Source: an uncultured bacterium (lineage in GTDB: Bacteria; Verrucomicrobiota; Verrucomicrobiia; Limisphaerales; UBA8199). From it: a stretch of 64,000 nt of DNA. The DNA lies in NCBI GenBank assembly GCA_963749495.1, contig CAVVMW010000001.1, positions 576,001 to 640,000 on the forward strand, written 5' to 3'. Of this stretch, positions 61,951 through 64,000 are shown one piece after another (within the stretch, counting starts at the first letter, position 1; the number at the start of each line of letters is the position of its first letter). A program made the position numbers and the translations under genes. The notes under the pieces are model-generated. The model made no database searches, was not told where the DNA came from, and worked only from the letters and a program-made list of their open reading frames with translations.

Positions 61951-62576
61951 ATGCGAGCAGCCAAGTTGAAAGACGCGGCCGGGCCGATGAGCCCGAGGCT
62001 CCATTGCGCAGCCGTATTGATGGCGTTTGTCTGGCTGAGTTTGAGTTCGCCGGGCGCGGAACTGAAGTTCTATCAGCTTTACCTGAGGTTTGCCGCCGCC
62101 AACCCGGACATCTGGGAGGTCACCTCACCGCTCCTGGTGGACACCAACAACACGGGATACAAGCTCATGAGCGCCCTGACGAACCTGGCCAAGATCAGGA
62201 CCTCCGGCGCGCTTGCCGGTGTGTACCCCGGCATGACGATGGATGAAGTAGTCACCCAATGGGGCAAACCGCCGGAATTGTGGCTCAAAGGCCCGGGCGG
62301 CTCCCGGTTTGTTTATAAGGAAGTCAGTGTCTTCTTCGAGCCTCGAGCAACTCGGTGAAGTCCATCTTCACACACGACCTGCCGCGCCTGGAGCGGACCC
62401 TCTCGATCACGCCGAAGATCGAGGAGTGCGTGCGCGCCTTGGGCGACCCGCAATTCCGCGATGACTCGACTACCGGCAAGCAGTGCTGGCTCATTTACGA
62501 AACGACCCATGCCGTCATCAAGGTCGGCTGTGTCCGGGGCCGGCTCTCGACCATTCAAATGGATCGGCGCGAGTAA
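61951..62576 (+). CDS. Hypothetical exported protein (frameshift near 62345)
   Basis: Signal-like N-terminus; GMTMDEVVTQWGKP; continues in the 62355..62576 frame. Confidence 0.5.
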
Positions 62577-62829
62577 GCGGGCCCCTCACCCCGGCCCTCT
62601 CCCCTCGAAGGGGAGAGGGAGAGTTCTCGGCAGCGGCTTGAGGAGGCGCAGGCGCCTGGAAGTTCCAGAGACTGCCGACGCTTCTCCCTCTCGCCTCGGA
62701 GGGGAGAGGGCCGGGGTGAGGGGTCCGCCCGGCGAATCTGCGCCCGCGTTGTCCGACCGGGTACCCCTGGTCGCATTTTTTCAGGCAGGATCGCCTGAGC
62801 GGGTGTAAGGTAACCCCTGAAACCGAGTT

Positions 62830-64000
62830 ATGAAAATCCCTATGCCTCACGCAAGACGCCTGAGGCTGGCCATCCGGGGGGCGGTCCAGGGGGTGGGATT
62901 TCGCCCATTCGTTTTTCGGCTGGCGCAGGAGTTGGACCTCAAGGGCTGGGTCAACAACTCCTGGGCGGGGGTGTTCATCGAGGCCGAAGGCGGGCCGGCC
63001 CGAACTCGAGGAGTTCCGGCTCCGCCTGGAGGCGGAGAAGCCGCCGGCCAGCTTCATCCAGAGCCTGGAGGCGGCTTGGCTCGACCCCGTCGGCTACGGG
63101 AACTTCCAGATTCGCGCCAGCCAGGGCGGCGGCAGCAAGACGGCGCTGGTCCTGCCCGACATCGCGACTTGCCCGGAGTGCCTGGCCGAGATCTTCGACC
63201 CGGCCAACCGGCGCTATTTCTATCCCTTCACCAACTGCACCCACTGCGGTCCGCGTTTCAGCATCATCGAATCGCTGCCCTACGATCGGGCCAACACATC
63301 GATGAAGCGGTTCGCCATGTGCCCGCAGTGCCGGAACGAGTACCAGGAGCCGCGCGACCGCCGCTTCCACGCCCAGCCCAATGCCTGCCCCGACTGCGGA
63401 CCCCATATCGAGTTATGGGACCCACAGGGCAAGGTGCTGGCCGGCTGGGCTGGCCAACCGGGCGCTGCGCCGCCGGCGCCCAGCAGCCAAAACGCGGCGG
63501 GCACGGTCCTGGCTGTCGCAGCCGACGCTATCCGCGCCGGCCGGATTGTGGCGCTCAAGGGGCTGGGCGGCTTCCACCTCGTCGTAGCGGCACATGACGA
63601 AGCCGCGGTGCGCCGCTTGCGGCAACTCAAACACCGCGAAGAAAAGCCCTTGGCCCTGATGTTCCCCTCGCTGGGCGCTGTCAAGGCCATGTGCGAGGTC
63701 TGCCCGGCCGAAGAGCGGCTGCTGCGCTGCCCCGAGGCCCCCATCGTCCTGTTGCGACGCCGTCCTGACCCCTCGCCCCTCCCGCACCCGGCTCAACCCC
63801 TGGCCGCGTCGCTCGCCCCGGGCAATCCCAACCTGGGCGTGATGCTCCCCTACACTCCCCTGCACCACCTGCTGCTCCGGCTCCTGGCCTTCCCGATTGT
63901 GGCGACCAGCGGCAACCTGAGCGACGAACCGATTTGCACGGACGAACACGCCGCGCTCGAACGCCTGGGCGGCATCGCCGACCTGTTCCTGGTCCATAAC
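62830..64000 (+). CDS. hypF: Carbamoyltransferase HypF (frameshift near 63000; runs off window end)
   Basis: RGAVQGVGFRPFV acylphosphatase; PDIATCPEC, FTNCTHCGPRF, RRFHAQPNACPDCGP; KGLGGFHL; ATSGNLS. Confidence 0.95.

Noticed and set aside
5400..63050. About 17 frameshifts suggesting pseudogenisation of flagellar and other genes, or programmed frameshifting
   Set aside because: They are spread evenly over unrelated genes, often at G/C runs, with no accompanying in-frame stops. Long-read indel error is the simplest explanation; this also limits confidence in all frame-based claims.
1..64000. tRNA, rRNA, riboswitch, integrase or intact transposase
   Set aside because: None recognised by eye; a covariance-model and HMM scan would be needed to exclude them.

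Overview
GC-rich bacterial window, probably Verrucomicrobiota (inferred from a prepilin H-X9-DG protein, DUF5069, DUF1080 and a C-terminal 'FYRL' motif). Positions 1-16.5 kb hold a minus-strand flagellar operon (flgB-flgC-fliE-fliF-fliG-fliH-fliI-fliJ-ylxF/motE-like-fliK-flgD-flgE-fliL-fliM-fliN-fliO-fliP-fliQ-fliR-flhB) behind a near-consensus sigma-54 promoter. Next come two-component genes, secreted proteins, a VapBC-like pair, ABC-2 permeases and ComEC debris. The rest holds a UbiA/GMC/SDR/GT-C envelope locus, a four-helix-bundle gene, an HtrA pair, a GH3, a POT transporter, an LTA-synthase-like gene and the start of hypF. About 17 single frameshifts are spread evenly and are most likely long-read indel errors. 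The most striking signal is a dense, nested set of small repeats: period-7, -9, -12 and -20 arrays of differing sequence plus at least 8 families of palindromic REP/MITE-like elements. Several sit in frame inside proteins (FliK, FliP, FliO, FliI, an SDR) or coincide with start or stop codons. One inverted heptamer pair brackets an Avd-like four-helix-bundle gene, and two composite elements keep only the first 17 codons of a Y1 (IS200/RAYT) transposase. All family assignments come from motif recognition by eye; no searches were run.
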